Assembly: GCA_012295275.1 (NCBI GenBank)
Contig: CM022678.1
Location: forward strand, 9,238,001-9,302,000
From: Chrysomallon squamiferum
Lineage: Eukaryota; Animalia; Mollusca
Length of the DNA: 64,000 nt
Reading direction: 5' to 3'
In this document: piece by piece, positions 1-13,454 of the stretch
How the letters are laid out: every line of letters starts with the position of its first letter
Position numbering within the stretch: position 1 is the first letter of the stretch
Notes under the pieces: model-generated
Seen by the model: the letters and a program-made list of their open reading frames with translations, nothing else
The model's database searches: none
Told to the model about the DNA's origin: nothing
Position numbers and translations under genes: made by a program

Positions 1-54
1 CAACCAGGTAAAAGGGAATTTAATGAGTACCGGGACGTAGATAGATCCTAATTA

Positions 55-531
55 GTATACAAGTTTTTCTACGTCCCAAAGATACAGCGTCAGATATATT
101 AACAAGAAATCCCGCGATACAGAATTCATTTTAGCACCATTTATACAAGTTGTTCTACGTCCCAAAGATACAGTGACAGATATATTAACAAGAAATCCCG
201 CGACGTAGAATTCATTTTAGCACCATTTATACAAGCTTTTCTACATCCCAAAGATACAGTGACAAATATATTAACAAGAAATCCCGCGACGTAGAATTCA
301 TTTTAGCACCATTTATACAAGCTTTTCTACATCCCAAAGATACAGCGTCATATATATTAACAAGAAATCCCGCAACGTAGAATTCATTTTAGCACCATTT
401 ATACAAGCTTTTCTACGTGTCAAAGATACAGTGACAGATAGATTAACAAGAAATCCCGCGACGTAGAATTCATTTTAGCACCATTTATACAAGTTTTTCT
501 ACGTCCAGGGCCATACAATGACAAATATATT
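55..531. repeat. 86-bp tandem repeat, about 5.5 copies, CpG-retaining
   Basis: The unit TATACAAG(C/T)TTTTCTACGTCCCAAAGATACAG..AGAAATCCCGCGACGTAGAATTCATTTTAGCACCATT recurs with AAG at 61, 147, 233, 319 (period 86). Confidence 0.95.
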
Positions 532-1835
532 AAGGTGGTATTTAATTGAGTTCTCTACAAATGATGTTACTTTTAATGTTACTAGCTGTTTTTATGAATA
601 CAGTGTGACTGATATGTAATAACGAATATTTTGTACAGAATACTATTACAGGGATGATTTTTACACGGCATAATGGAAAACGAGTTTGGTAATTTACATG
701 ATATTTTAGATATTTAGATATTTAGGATTTCTTCGATAATACAGTTACGTAGATCTAATACTACGCTGTAAATTACAATAAAAGGTGAAGAAGTAATATT
801 AACCAAATATGTTTAAAAATTCAGCTGTTTCCAGACTAAAGTCCCTTGTCTTATTAACATAATGAGATTAAAGACGAGGTTCTAGAATAAAAGTGAAAAA
901 ATGCTGGATTACGTTGATATAAATGTATTTGTGATTATACATTTCGGTTCCATAAACAAGAGATTCTCATGTAATTAATGTGGATAACGGAATATCACAT
1001 TAAACTTTTCGTCTATGTTTAATAACTCAAAAGTTTATTGAGTATTGTATATTTAAAAACAAAGATATTGTCCGTGAGGAATTATCATCATTTTAATCCA
1101 TAGTGATTTTTTTAGCATGTTTTTCAAACTGAATCCAGTTTATTCTACAAACAATTTCTACTGACTGAAAAGAAAACAAAGTAAATTCCGTCTCTGAATT
1201 TCTTGTTATCTGTGTGAAAACCTAAAATGCTCATCACATTAAATACTGATAATTGTTTTTGAGGAGTTATTTTTTTTAATTTAATTTATTTATTATATTT
1301 ATTCCTTTTATTTTTTTATACGACTTTTTAAAATTTGTTTAATTCATTAAATATTATTTTTTTATGATTCTAATAATTTTATTATATTATTCCTTTACAC
1401 TGAGATGGATTGTATAAACTGACTTGCATAAATTTGGTTATTGCTTTAATTCGAGGTGAATTTAGTGTATTTTTTAAATAAGTAAGAAAGTAAATAAATA
1501 AGTATATATATATATATATAAAGGAAGAGAAACTATGTTTATAAATTAATTTTTCAGTGTTTATTTGTTATTATTCACGCAATGTTTATCGTTGGAAAAC
1601 AAATGTATACATATTAAAATATCACCTATTTCTCCTCTGCTGCTAGTACATAAAATATGCAGGTCAAGTTAAGGGTAGAAACGTTCATGATAAAGTAAAC
1701 TGATCTATTCATAATAAAACATTTAAATTGTATTCGATGATTTAGTCGTATAAACGGTTGTGATTTTTGTATGTGAGAATTATTATATATATATATATAG
1801 CTTGTTTAATTTGTAGTCTTGATTATTGTTGTTAC

Positions 1836-1869
<34 letters not shown>

Positions 1870-2873
1870 TATATAATTAAACAGTGATTGACAACAAAAT
1901 ATCATATTAATAACGCGGGATTTTTGTAATATCACGTTTTCTTTTTATAATCTCTAACATTGTTTACAAAACATTTCTCTCGCAGTTCCTCTCTATATTT
2001 GTTAATATTAACAAGACACGTGTAATTATCATCATAATGTGTGGTGTAAGTAACAGAAAACTCACATTCATCTCTCGCTGACACGCCTTTTTTCAGCTCA
2101 CTCAAAAACTGTTTATCAAAAAAAAAGAAGAGAATGTCGATAGGAAAGAAATCTGTATACAGGACCATGTTGCTGAGGCTGCGACTCTAACAAACAGAGC
2201 AGCTGGAATAAACTCAAACCCCATCTGTAGTATCCGTAAAACATTGCAGTCAGACTGAAATTTTAAGATAACCTGCAATGGCAAACAGCTGTCTATGATC
2301 TTCATCATGAGAAGTAAAATTTTGGAACAACTGTTTTCATGTTGATATTATACTTTATCTAATTGTTTATAATTTGCAGTGGCCAAAGATATTACTTTGT
2401 AGAAGATTTAGAGGTGGAGAAACTTTTAACACTGTGGGAATGCCGTGTAGGGGAATACCATCTCAGTATTGCCGAATGCATGGAACATCACAAGTTCAAT
2501 CCGTTTAAATAATTTGATTTGTAAAAATGTATTTATTTACTTATTTTATGTTTTTAAACATTATTTATTTATAGTTGTTTTTTCTGTTTGTATTGTTGTT
2601 TTTTTTCTTTTTTTTCTCATTTACAATATAATCATTGTTTAACAAAAATATTGTATATTTGTAAATATTTTCAAAAAAAAAAATAATGTTCATATGGCTT
2701 GAAAAAAAAAAAAGAAGATAAAAAAGAAGAACACATTTCTAATCACTTGTAAATAAAATAAAATTGTTGTTGTTTTTCCTATCTTTTTATTTGTTTTAAA
2801 TTATCACAGTTTAGGTGTGGTTAGAACAGGAAATTATGTCAGAGAAAAATTAAAAGAATTGATACAGCTCTGC

Positions 2874-3878
2874 TCACTATTATGATAATTATCATTTACA
2901 GGCTACTCACTATTATTATAATTATCATTTACAGGCTACTTACTTTTATTATAATTATCATCTACAGGCTACGTACTATTATTATAATTATCATCTACAG
3001 GCTACTCACTATTATTATAATTATCATTTACAGGCTACTTACTATTATTATAATTATCATCTACAGGCTACGTACTATTATTATAATTATCATTTACAGG
3101 CTACTTACTATTATTATAATTATCATTTACAGGCTACTTACTATTATTGTAATTATCATTTACAGGCTACTTACTATTATTATAATTATCATTTACAGGC
3201 TACTTACTATTATTATAATTATCATCTACAGGCTACTTACTATTATTATAATTATCATCTACAGGCTACTTACTATTATTGTAATTATCATCTACAGGCT
3301 ACGTACTATTATTATAATTATCATTTACAGGCTACTTACTATTATTATAATTATCATTTACAGGCTACTTACTATTATTGTAATTATCATCTACAGGCTA
3401 CGTACTATTATTATAATTATCATTTACAGGCTACTTACTATTATTGTAATTATCATCTACAGGCTACGTACTATTATTATAATTATCATTTACAGGCTAC
3501 TTACTATTATTATAATTATCATCTACAGGCTACTTACTATTATTATAATTATCATTTACAGGCTACTTACTATTATTATAATTATCATTTACAGGCTACT
3601 TACTATTATTATAATTATCATTTACAGGCTACTCACTATTATTATAATTATCATTTACAGGCTACTTACTATTATTGTAATTATCATCTACAGGCTACTC
3701 ACTATTTTTGTAATTATCAGCTATTACTTACTATTATTTTAACTATCATCTACAGACTACTCCCTATTATTATAATTATCATCTACAGACTACTCCCTAT
3801 TATTATAATTATCATCTACAGACTACTCACTATTATTGTAATTATCATCTACTAACTATCACTTTTATTATAATTATC
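2874..3878. repeat. 33-bp minisatellite, about 30 copies
   Basis: Unit ACTATTATTATAATTATCAT(T/C)TACAGGCTAC(T/G)T. It explains the 286-aa TIIIIIIYRLL ORF at 2882..3742. Confidence 0.97.
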
Positions 3879-4299
3879 TGTTAACACACACTGGATAAAT
3901 AACTGCTTCCTATATTCAGGTTTGTAAAAAACTGCCATTTTGCAGATTATATACTTTAAAATATTTTCGTTGAAAAATATAAAAATAATTAAGAAATAAT
4001 TTAAGTAAATAAATAAATTAAATTAAATTTAAAGTGTCTGATTATTTGTCATGCTTCTGCAAGGCATGTGCATATCTGCATATAAAAACAATCATATACA
4101 TGTTTTGTATTTTGTGTAAACACATCAGAACCTTAACACTATAAAGATTTTAATAACTAACCTGACTATCAAGACCACTCTGTATTACAAACAAAACCTT
4201 ATATAATCAGCAATATGTTAGTAACCACAGTATTGAAAACACTGTGATACATCATGCTACTCAGTGATAAATAATAATGACATTTCTTACATACAGTCT

Positions 4300-5435
4300 C
4301 AAAATAAAGCTGTGAATCAGTGTGTATGTACTTGTGTAAGTCTGTATGAATGTGTATTTGTGTATTTGAGTTTGTATGTATTTTTATATGTATGTTGTAT
4401 ATGCATGTGTTTCTTTGTGTGTTTCTATTATGTGTATTTGAGCATGAATATATTTGTGCAAGTCTGTATCTGCATGTATCGGTGTGTTTATGTATGTATT
4501 TCTGCATGTTTGCATGTAATTGTATCTGTTTATGTTTAAGAATGTATGTATGTTTGTATGTATGTATGGATATCTGTATTATGCGTGTACGAGTGTGAAT
4601 GTATTTGTGTCTGTGTGTTTGTATTTTGTGTGTGTTTTATTAGTGAATTTGTTTTTTAGTAAAATTATCAAGTGATCATGAATATGTTTCTGAATGTGTA
4701 GGATATTTTTGAATGTTTGTATGTGTATATATGTATACGTATGGATTATATATACTTATATCTAAGTATATGCGTATGAATACATGTGTTTATATTACTG
4801 TGTGTGTGGGTGTAAGTTTGGACGTAATCAATGCCAAACAAATTATTTGTTCAGAAAACATTATCTGAACACCAAAAACAACAAAAACAAATCTGATAAT
4901 AAAGACAATGTATCTAGAACTACTGTTTTATGTTGTTTTTTACCTGCTGAAATTAAATAGCAACAGAAATTGAATAAAATACCTCTTTATATTTAATTAT
5001 TTTAACTTTATAAAAATAATTAGTTACTAATTTAAAATCAAACTCTCACATTAAAATAGAAAAATAAACATATTCCATAAACATACACAATTAAAAAAAC
5101 CTGATAATTCATCATAAACTAACACAAATACATATGCGCATACACATGCACACATATGCATTCCTATAAAAAAATCCATAAAACACACACTCACACAGGA
5201 ACTCTGACTCACACAGATATAAACACACACACACCATACATATACAGACACAGTCACACACACCATACATATACAGACACAGTCACACACACAAACATAC
5301 AAACTTAATACAAAGACATATATCATGCACCATAAAAACTCACTTTTACACACCATACATATACAGACACAGTCACACACACATACAAACTTAATACAAA
5401 GACATATATCATAAAAACTCACTCTTACACATCAT
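4300..5435. repeat. Degenerate (TG/TA)n and (CA/TA)n low-complexity tracts
   Basis: TG-rich at 4300-4815 and CA-rich at 5050-5435. The overlapping ORFs are C/V/Y/H/T low-complexity. Confidence 0.85.
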
Positions 5436-5563
5436 ACAAAGATAATTATGTAGAAACAAAATGACACTCAGCGCTATAAACAGATAAGAAGTATATAAAA
5501 ATATCACTTGTTTGTAGGTAAAAAGATGATGGAGGATGTTCTGGTGATAGAAGTAGAAAACAG

Positions 5564-5787
5564 CAGTAACACAGTCAGTGAAAACACAGTTCAGTCAGAA
5601 ACTAGCTTAAAGAGAACACCAGTAACACAGTCAGTGAAAACACAGTTCAGTCAGAAACCAGCTTAAAGAGAACACCAGTAACACAGTCAGTGAAAACACA
5701 GTTCAGTCAGAAACCAGCTTAAAGAGAACACCAGTAACACAGTCAGTGAAAACACAGTTCAGTCAGAAACTAGCTTAAAGAGAACAG
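5564..5787. repeat. 56-bp tandem repeat x4 inside an exon-like segment
   Basis: CAGTAACACAGTCAGTGAAAACACAGTTCAGTCAGAAAC(T/C)AGCTTAAAGAGAACAC starts at 5564, 5620, 5676 and 5732. Confidence 0.95.
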
Positions 5788-7576
5788 CAGCATAAAGTGG
5801 TGATGAAACAACTACAGCAACAACAGCAGATGTGAAGAAAACAGAATCAAGCACATTTCTGAAAATAAGAGAGAAGACAAAAGTAAACCTTTGAAAAATA
5901 AATAATAATAATAATTATTATTATTATTATGATAATATTAATAAAAATAATATAATAAGAATAAATAACAACAATAATAAAGAAATAAAGTTATCTATAA
6001 CTTGTCTACTAATGTATTTCTTAATCTTAGACTTTCTGTTTTTGTAATATTGTTATGTTTTAATTTCAATGTGGGTTTTAATGCCTAGAAAAGGTGACAA
6101 CAAAAAGTAATTAAGGTGTCAGCTATTTTCATCTAAAATATATTTTGGTACTTTATTAAGTTAGAATTTAAACTGTTTTCACTAAAACAGTAATATCCAT
6201 TTCAAGATGTTGAATTTTGATTTTGTCATCTTTCTCAAAGAAATGTAAAAATTACATGTCTGATCAAAGGATATTGCTACTTTCATGTAAAATTTATCTG
6301 CATACTTTATCAGTTTGAAATAAGTCTTATGAAATCAAACAAAGTTTTTGAGAAAGTTAATTTATTTCTGTACAACTAATATTTGTTAATTGTTTATATA
6401 TTTTAAAACAAATATGAGATTCAATGCATTACAAATAAACTCATTAGTTCATGATATTTGTCTTTAATTTATAGCATCTGTGCTATCTCAATCCAGCCCT
6501 GGCTGTAAACCAAATAATACAGATCTTTACAATACATACTGTTTTTAGTCACCATGGCAACATATATATTTCATTTACAGGTTGTTATGGCTATTTGTTA
6601 TGTATTTTAAATAAAACTCTGTTTTCAGGGAATGTGGGTAGACTGGAGGCTGTACAAGGAAATGTGTGTCAGACTTACCCATTTTTATTTTACTTTTTAT
6701 TTTAGTTTTTATTTCAGTTTTTTTAAATTTGAAATATGTACCCAAGTAATCAGTGTAATAAAGTAAAAATATTCAATTAATACATTTTTTAAAATATGAC
6801 ATTATAACTGACTTTGTACATTCTTTATATTAAGATTTGTTGTTGTTGTCATTTTTTGCTTTTATTAAAAAGAAATATCTCAACACTGTATTAAATATTA
6901 TAAAAAATAAAAAATAAATTTATTTCCCTTTTTATTGTTGTTATTTTATATATTTTTAAAATTATATCAAATATTATTAATATTTTTTATTGTTTGTTTT
7001 TTTATTAGAAAGAAACATTGAAATACTAATTTATTATTTTTATATTAAGAGAGTTTTATTTCTCCTTTCATCATTGTTGTTAGTACACGATGGTTTGAGG
7101 ATCGCATTAAATAATAATTAGAAAAGCTTTATTTATCTATTTATTGTTGTTGTTGTGTATATTTTTAGAATTATCTTAAATTATTATTTAAATAGTTTTA
7201 ATTTTTATTGTTGTTGTTTTTGTAGTTATTACTATATCAGATTTTAGAATTATATTAAATATTAAAATAGTTTTATTTATATTTTTATTGTTTTGTTTTT
7301 TTTAGGTTACTACTTGATTAGATTTTAGAATAATTTATACACACACACACACACATATATACTATCTATGTATCTATCTTATTCCTCTACTCAATATTCT
7401 GATCCATCAGTAACCATCCATGTATGATCAATGCATCCCACTAATTACCTACACATCAATGTCTGTATAACTACCTTACATATCTGTTTTTCTGTATGTC
7501 TTTCCATCTATAAACACACTTAAATATATGTCTAGAACTGAAAAAATAGAATAAAACATTCTTACACATGCGTATA

Positions 7577-8949
7577 TGTTACAGTCAATATGTCAAACTA
7601 GTCATTTAGCCTAACACCCAAAACCATCAGAAATTAGGCCAAATGGCTGGATATTCCATGGTGTTGACATACTGCCTGATAGTAATTCAGACAATCAGTC
7701 AAGCAGGTTTAATGCTTTGAAACATCATTAGTGGGTTATTCACTTCTTTATTATTCTAAGCTTTACAGCTTATTGATATACAATGTCAATAATCAGAAGA
7801 AAAAGAAAAGAAGAATTTTGTTTTACAAATAGCAATAATATGATAAAAAAAGAAAAATCCTTTGGAGAATATTAATAGCACATAAATTATGTCTAACAAA
7901 TCAAAACTTTTCTACACTGAAATGCTTTAAATAAATATTTTCCCAAATTACGTTATTCTCAATCTCATCTTCAGTTTTACCACTGTTATACATAATAGAC
8001 ATATTCTTTCTCCCAGTCTTATTTACAGTCTTCTTCAGAGCATATGTTGCTTCACAGTGCTTTCTTACATCTGTTCATTGTAGGGATTGGTGGCTGAGTT
8101 ATTTTTACATCAAAGACCAGTTATATGGTAGGGATTAGAGATACTGTTATTGTTACATCAAAGACACAAGGAACTGGGTGTAGGCATCAAGTTTTTTTCA
8201 ATTCAGGAAGAACTTGAGCTACACCAAGCAACCATCCACTTTAGCAACTGTCTTACATGACCAGTTGCCACGAACTCCAATCTTGACAAGCTGCCACCAA
8301 ACTCCAATCCTGACCAGCTGCCACGAACTCCAATCTTGACCAGCTGCCTCCAAACTCCAATCTTGACCAGCTGCCACTAACTCCAATCTTGACCAGTTGC
8401 CACCAAACTCTAATCTTGACCAGCTGCCACCAAACTCCAATCTTGACCAGTTGCCAACCAAAACCAGTCTTGACCAGCTGCCACCGAACTCGGAACCTGA
8501 CCAGCTGCTGCTCAATGCCAGGAGCCAGTTTGATGTGTGTTCCCAGAGACTGCTATTGTCTCATGATGTCTCTTAGAGCAGGGCTGTCAAAGGAGTCCAC
8601 CGCAGGAGGACAAGAGTTTGTGAAATGCAACTGTGAAGTGAAAAAAAGGTGTCAAACAAAATGTTTCAAGAACATTTTTTTTTGTGCAATTCAAGATATT
8701 ACTCAAGTTTGAACTGCTGTATTAAATAGAACACTACTTGTCATTTGTTTCAACATAAATGTTTTCATAAAATTGGAAATCATTCTTTTTCATTCAGTCA
8801 TTTTGCCTAATGACTAAAGGTCTATTTCATTCATTTGGCCTAATTCCTATATATTTTACTCATTAGGACAAAACCCTGATTGTCTTGGGTGGTATGTAAA
8901 CATTTCAGCCATTAGGGCAAGTGACTAGTTTGACATATTGTCTGTAACA
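7577..8949 (+). mobile_element. Non-autonomous Ginger-type (integrase-like, KRBA2/SCAND3-related) DNA transposon, internally deleted
   Basis: About 38-bp imperfect TIRs (left TGTTACAGTCAATATGTCAAACTAGTCATTTAGCCTAA; right TTAGGGCAAGTGACTAGTTTGACATATTGTCTGTAACA) with TATA on both flanks (7573-7576, 8950-8953). 8517-8730 translates, with frameshifts, to ARSQFDVCSQRLL..SKESTAGGQEFVKCNCEVKKRCQTKCFKN..LCNSRYYSSLNCCIK*, which I recognise as the Cys-rich tail of KRBA2-like integrases. Confidence 0.85.
8259..8508. repeat. 26-27-bp minisatellite inside the Ginger element, about 9 copies
   Basis: Unit GACCAG(C/T)TGCCACCAAACTCCAATCTT. Confidence 0.93.
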
Positions 8950-9367
8950 TATATACATTAAATTCACAGCCACTCTTCAAAAAACTCACACGGACATTTC
9001 CCTTCACAAACACACACACACATTTCCCTTCACTTACACAAAACATACTCATTCTCTCTGTAAACAAAACATATACTCAACTTACACACCTATATACAAC
9101 ACATATTTCTGTGTTATAATACATAAATGTGCCAACCTAAAAGTTTTTCTATTTTTATTTTATCTATCTGCTCACATTCTGATCCATAAAAATAACCATC
9201 ACTGAATCATCTGTCCATCTCCCTGGCTACCTCCTTACATAACTATCTTACAACCTCTGTCTTTCTGTATGTCTGTCCATTTATAGCACAAGCACACTCT
9301 CATTCATACACATTCTAGCACATTAAACACATGAACCTGCTCTTCCATATAGATGTGGTTACCACTT

Positions 9368-10031
9368 ATCTACCTATCCACCACTCTGCATCTCTCTTTG
9401 TATCTATATATCAACTGTTGAACAACTATTTACACACATACCTACCTGTCTACCTACCACCACTCTGTATCTCTCTTTGTATCTATATATCAAACTGCTG
9501 AGTACCTATCTACACACACACCTACCTGTCTACCTATCCACCACTCTGTATCTCTTTGTATCTATATATCAAACTGCTGAGTACCTATCTACACACACAC
9601 CTACCTGTCTACCTACCACCACTCTGTATCTCTCTTTGTATCTATATATCAACCTGTTGAACAACTATTTACACACAAACCTACCTGTCTACCTATCTAC
9701 ACACACACCTAACCTGTCTACCTATCTACATCAAACTACCTGTTGAGTACCTACCTACTACACCTACCACTCACACATATCTACTATCACCATCCACCAC
9801 TCTTTCTCTTTTGTATCTATATATCAACCTGTTGAATAACTATTTACACACACATCTACCTATCTACCTATCACCACTCTGCATCTCTCTTTGTATCTAT
9901 ATATCAACCTGTTGAACAACTATTTACACACAAACCTACCTGTCTACCTATCACCACTCTGTATCTCTCTTTGTATCTATATATCAACTGTTGAGTAACT
10001 ATCTATACACACACCTACCTGTCTACCTATC
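9368..10031. repeat. Degenerate ~80-bp tandem repeat
   Basis: CCACCACTCTGTATCTCTCTTTGTATCTATATATCAA(C/A)CTG(T/C)TGA..ACACACACCTACCTGTCTACCT recurs about 7 times. Confidence 0.9.
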
Positions 10032-12338
10032 TGCTTGTTCTATCTTAGCTAGTTTTTGTTTATTTTATCTTCTCCATGCAAGAATATTCCAATCCATCAG
10101 TAATCATCCATCAATCATCTGCCCAACTCCCTGCCTACCTACACATCTACACACCTAATTACAACTGTATTTCTGTCTGTCCATCTACAAACACACTCTG
10201 TCTATAAAACTTTATTTAGTTTCTCTCTCACTGTCCAAATTAGTTGTTATTATCACTGTACCTTCTCTTTTTGTCTGTGTATCTTCCTCTCTATCTCTTT
10301 ATCTAGGGTCTGTATTCTGTCTGTCTGTCTGTGTGTATTTTATTATTCCTTTTTCTTACCACCTGCCTAACTATGACTACTGATCAACCTTCTGACTCTG
10401 TTTTTCATGCAGTCTGTATAATCAGTGTATCAATCCATCATCTGTCTTTCTATCCATCTGTGCATCTGTTACTGGATACTTTTTTAATTTATTTTTAAAG
10501 TTAAAAACCCTTATATTTTCAATATACAATGAGCTTCTTTTTAAAGTACCTCTCACATTTAATTATCTGGTATACATTTATACCTTCACCCTAATACATT
10601 TATTTAAAAAGGACACTTACCTGGAAACCCATCCATATTTCTTCATGTCTACTGAGCTTCTTGTTTACAATAAAAGTTGGTGTAACCTTTACATCTCTTC
10701 TTTTCAGTATCAGTCTGTGATGTAGATAATAAAATATCTCCTTAATTTCAGGTCTTCTCACATCTTCCTTTTTAATAAAAAAAAAAAAAAAGACATTAAT
10801 GTTCACATCTCATTATGCACTGAACTCTTTATAAAGTGAAAACTGAAATTTAATGTGCTGCTTCCAAAAACTTTGAAAAAGAAGCAAGAACAACATAAAA
10901 AAACAAATAATAATAATAATAATAATAATAAAAAGTAAAAAATTCAGTGTATGTCACTGTGAAAAATGAATATTTTACTTAATTTACTGTTTCACTGTTG
11001 ATTATTAAAAGAGGGTTTATTTGATATTTTTCATGTGTTTCTGTGGAAAATACATCTTCTTCATGCTTCTTATAGCACTACATGTTTTTTAAAAATAAGT
11101 TTTCATTGTTTTTTTATGAAACAAAATCAATATTTATATATTTTCTATTACTGATAATGAAAAATGCATAGACTGTTCAGTGTTAATAATAATAAATAAA
11201 TAAATAACAAAACAATATATATATATTTTTAAATTCTTATTCAGTTATTGTTTAAGAAAATGAAAACTGATATAAACATTACAATCTAAGACTTGTCTAG
11301 TTCCATACCAGAAAGTTCCATATCGTTATTTCATTTGATGTCTGCCTTGATGTCATAAACATATTAGTAAGTGAACATTTCTTATCAGCGAATTCAATAT
11401 TATCTGTTCTCGTTCAATAGTAAACGCAGATTAAAAAGAAAAAAATGCTTTTTAGCAGACACAAACCACATGCGAGTCAGAAACAAGTCTTGATTTCAAC
11501 TTTAGTTTCACGTCATACAAAAGAAAAAAGACTACAGTAAATAAAAACAACAACAACAACAAAAATAACAACCCAACAACAACATAACTATTGAGATGTA
11601 ATGAGAAGGGATCACAGCTACCTGTACTGCAGAATTAGAAACACCAAGACAATATTTTCCTAAACCACTCACATTTCCATTTTTAATAACCTCTTTGAGA
11701 AGATCACCAGGATTTCAGAGGCAGTCCAGAGAATCAAGAATTTCAGCTGCCTGACTTTTGTGTTACTGCAGCTGAAAAACAGAATTAACATATTAAGAGT
11801 AATAAAAAAAAAATTCAGTAATAACATGAAAATATTTTTTTAAAAGTGTTTAATCTGGAAAATGCTGTCCTAGATTCCAGTGGGAAAATGGATTCTCAAA
11901 CAGGAAACTAATTTAATCCTAGGATTAAAGTATTTATACAATTACAAAGATTTCCAGAGTTTTTTTTTTTCATTTGCAATTTTGTGATGTTAACTAAAAT
12001 TATGAAGTAATTAATGTATCTAGAATTTACTCTTCAGTTTTAGTTTGAAGTCAGAGTATTAATCATCACATACACATAAACACATGCAAAATGCATTTAC
12101 TAATATATATATATATATATACATACAGCATTAAATTGAAATACAAAACTGGAAATAAAGATCCAGTTCATGTACTTTCTGATTTATAAACATGGCAGAA
12201 ACTAATCAATCAGTACAGAAGTATAAACAGCACTAAATGTACAAGTTCAAGACAAAGGAGCTGCTGAATAAAAATCTGTTTTCATATAGTTTTACACAGA
12301 CACACTGGACAAATGTCTGAAGATGTTGTGAGATTCAG

Positions 12339-12660
12339 CAAAGACTCTGAGTATTTCAAAGTCCACACTGCAACACTGTGTGACAAAGACTCTGAGTATT
12401 TCAAAGTCCACACTGCAACACTGTGTGACAAAGACTCTGAGTATTTCAAAGTCCACACTGCAACACTGTGTGACAAAGACTCTGAGTATTTCAAAGTCCA
12501 CACTGCAACACTGTGTGACAAAGACTCTGAGTATTTCAAAGTCCACACTGCAACACTGTGTGACAAAGACTCTGAGTATTTCAAAGTCCACACTGCAACA
12601 CTGTGTGACAAAGACTCTGAGTATTTCAAAGTCCACACTGCAACACTGTGTGACAAAGAC
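12339..12660. repeat. 45-bp minisatellite, 7 essentially identical copies
   Basis: Unit CAAAGACTCTGAGTATTTCAAAGTCCACACTGCAACACTGTGTGA. It explains the four overlapping ORFs at 12282-12727. Confidence 0.98.
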
Positions 12661-12898
12661 AAAACATCTCGACCTGACCTCCAAGCCAAAGAACAAGAAT
12701 AATCTGGTTTTTGATGCAGTTACCTAAGTGTGGACAGTGTCAGAAATGTCACACACAACAATGAAATGTACACAGTGATATAACCCATTTAGCTATTCTG
12801 GTGCAAATCACTACAAAAACTTACCATTGCTGATCCCTGGCAAAAACAGCAAAGGATCACACAAAATACATGAAATAAATAAATAAATAAATAAATAC

Positions 12899-13229
12899 CC
12901 TACAGCTTCATTATGACATCTTCATTATGAAAGATTTTATGTGTCTTATTTATCCAGTTCAATTCATCTTAAGTGTTAAAGTTTCTTCTTTCCTGTAAAA
13001 TGTAATTCTCTAACAACAATAAATAATATTACTCAAAAAGAACTTACCTTTTTTTCCACTACTGATGTTGCATGCTTTCTTCTCAAAACATCTAGGAACT
13101 GTAGGAACTGCTGACAAAAATATTCTGACTGGAATCTGTTTCTATGGTTTCTATCAGTATTACTGACGACATTCTCAACATGAGATAAACTGTCAGACTC
13201 TTTCAAGCTGATAATCACACAGGCAGTGT
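12899..13229 (-). pseudogene. Two phase-compatible exon-like segments of an unidentified gene
   Basis: The exon at 13229-13048 (CTTACTTACAG acceptor, AAG/GTAAGT donor) is open: TACVIISLKESDSLSHVENVVSNTDRNHRNRFQSEYFCQQFLQFLDVLRRKHATSVVEKK. After a 55-nt intron, the exon from 12992 (TTTTACAG) reads ERRNFNT*DELNWINKTHKIFHNEDVIMKL* with stops. Confidence 0.45.
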
Positions 13230-13454
13230 CTGTAAGTAAGAGAGTTTCTAAATAAAAATAATAAAATTACTGATATGGAATTAATTGCGTAAAATGGCAT
13301 TGTTTTTATTATATATTAAGTAAAGTGAGAGAAAATGGCAGGCTACCCAGGTAAAACACAATTAATGAGAACCGGGACATCGACAGATCCTCACTGGTAC
13401 ATTTCAGCTTGCCCTGCTAAGTAGACACAATTTTAAGATCATTTACACAAGTTG

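Noticed and set aside
2882-3742. 286-aa ORF of TIIIIIIYRLL repeats
   Set aside because: Translation of a stop-free 33-bp minisatellite, with no non-repeat coding context.
10500-10810. Possible LINE 3' fragment (minus ORF ..RPEIKEIFYYLHH..)
   Set aside because: Only a vague resemblance; no diagnostic motif is intact.
12282-12727. Four overlapping repeat-protein ORFs, or a CRISPR-like array
   Set aside because: Perfect 45-bp head-to-tail units with no spacers, in a eukaryotic context with no cas genes.
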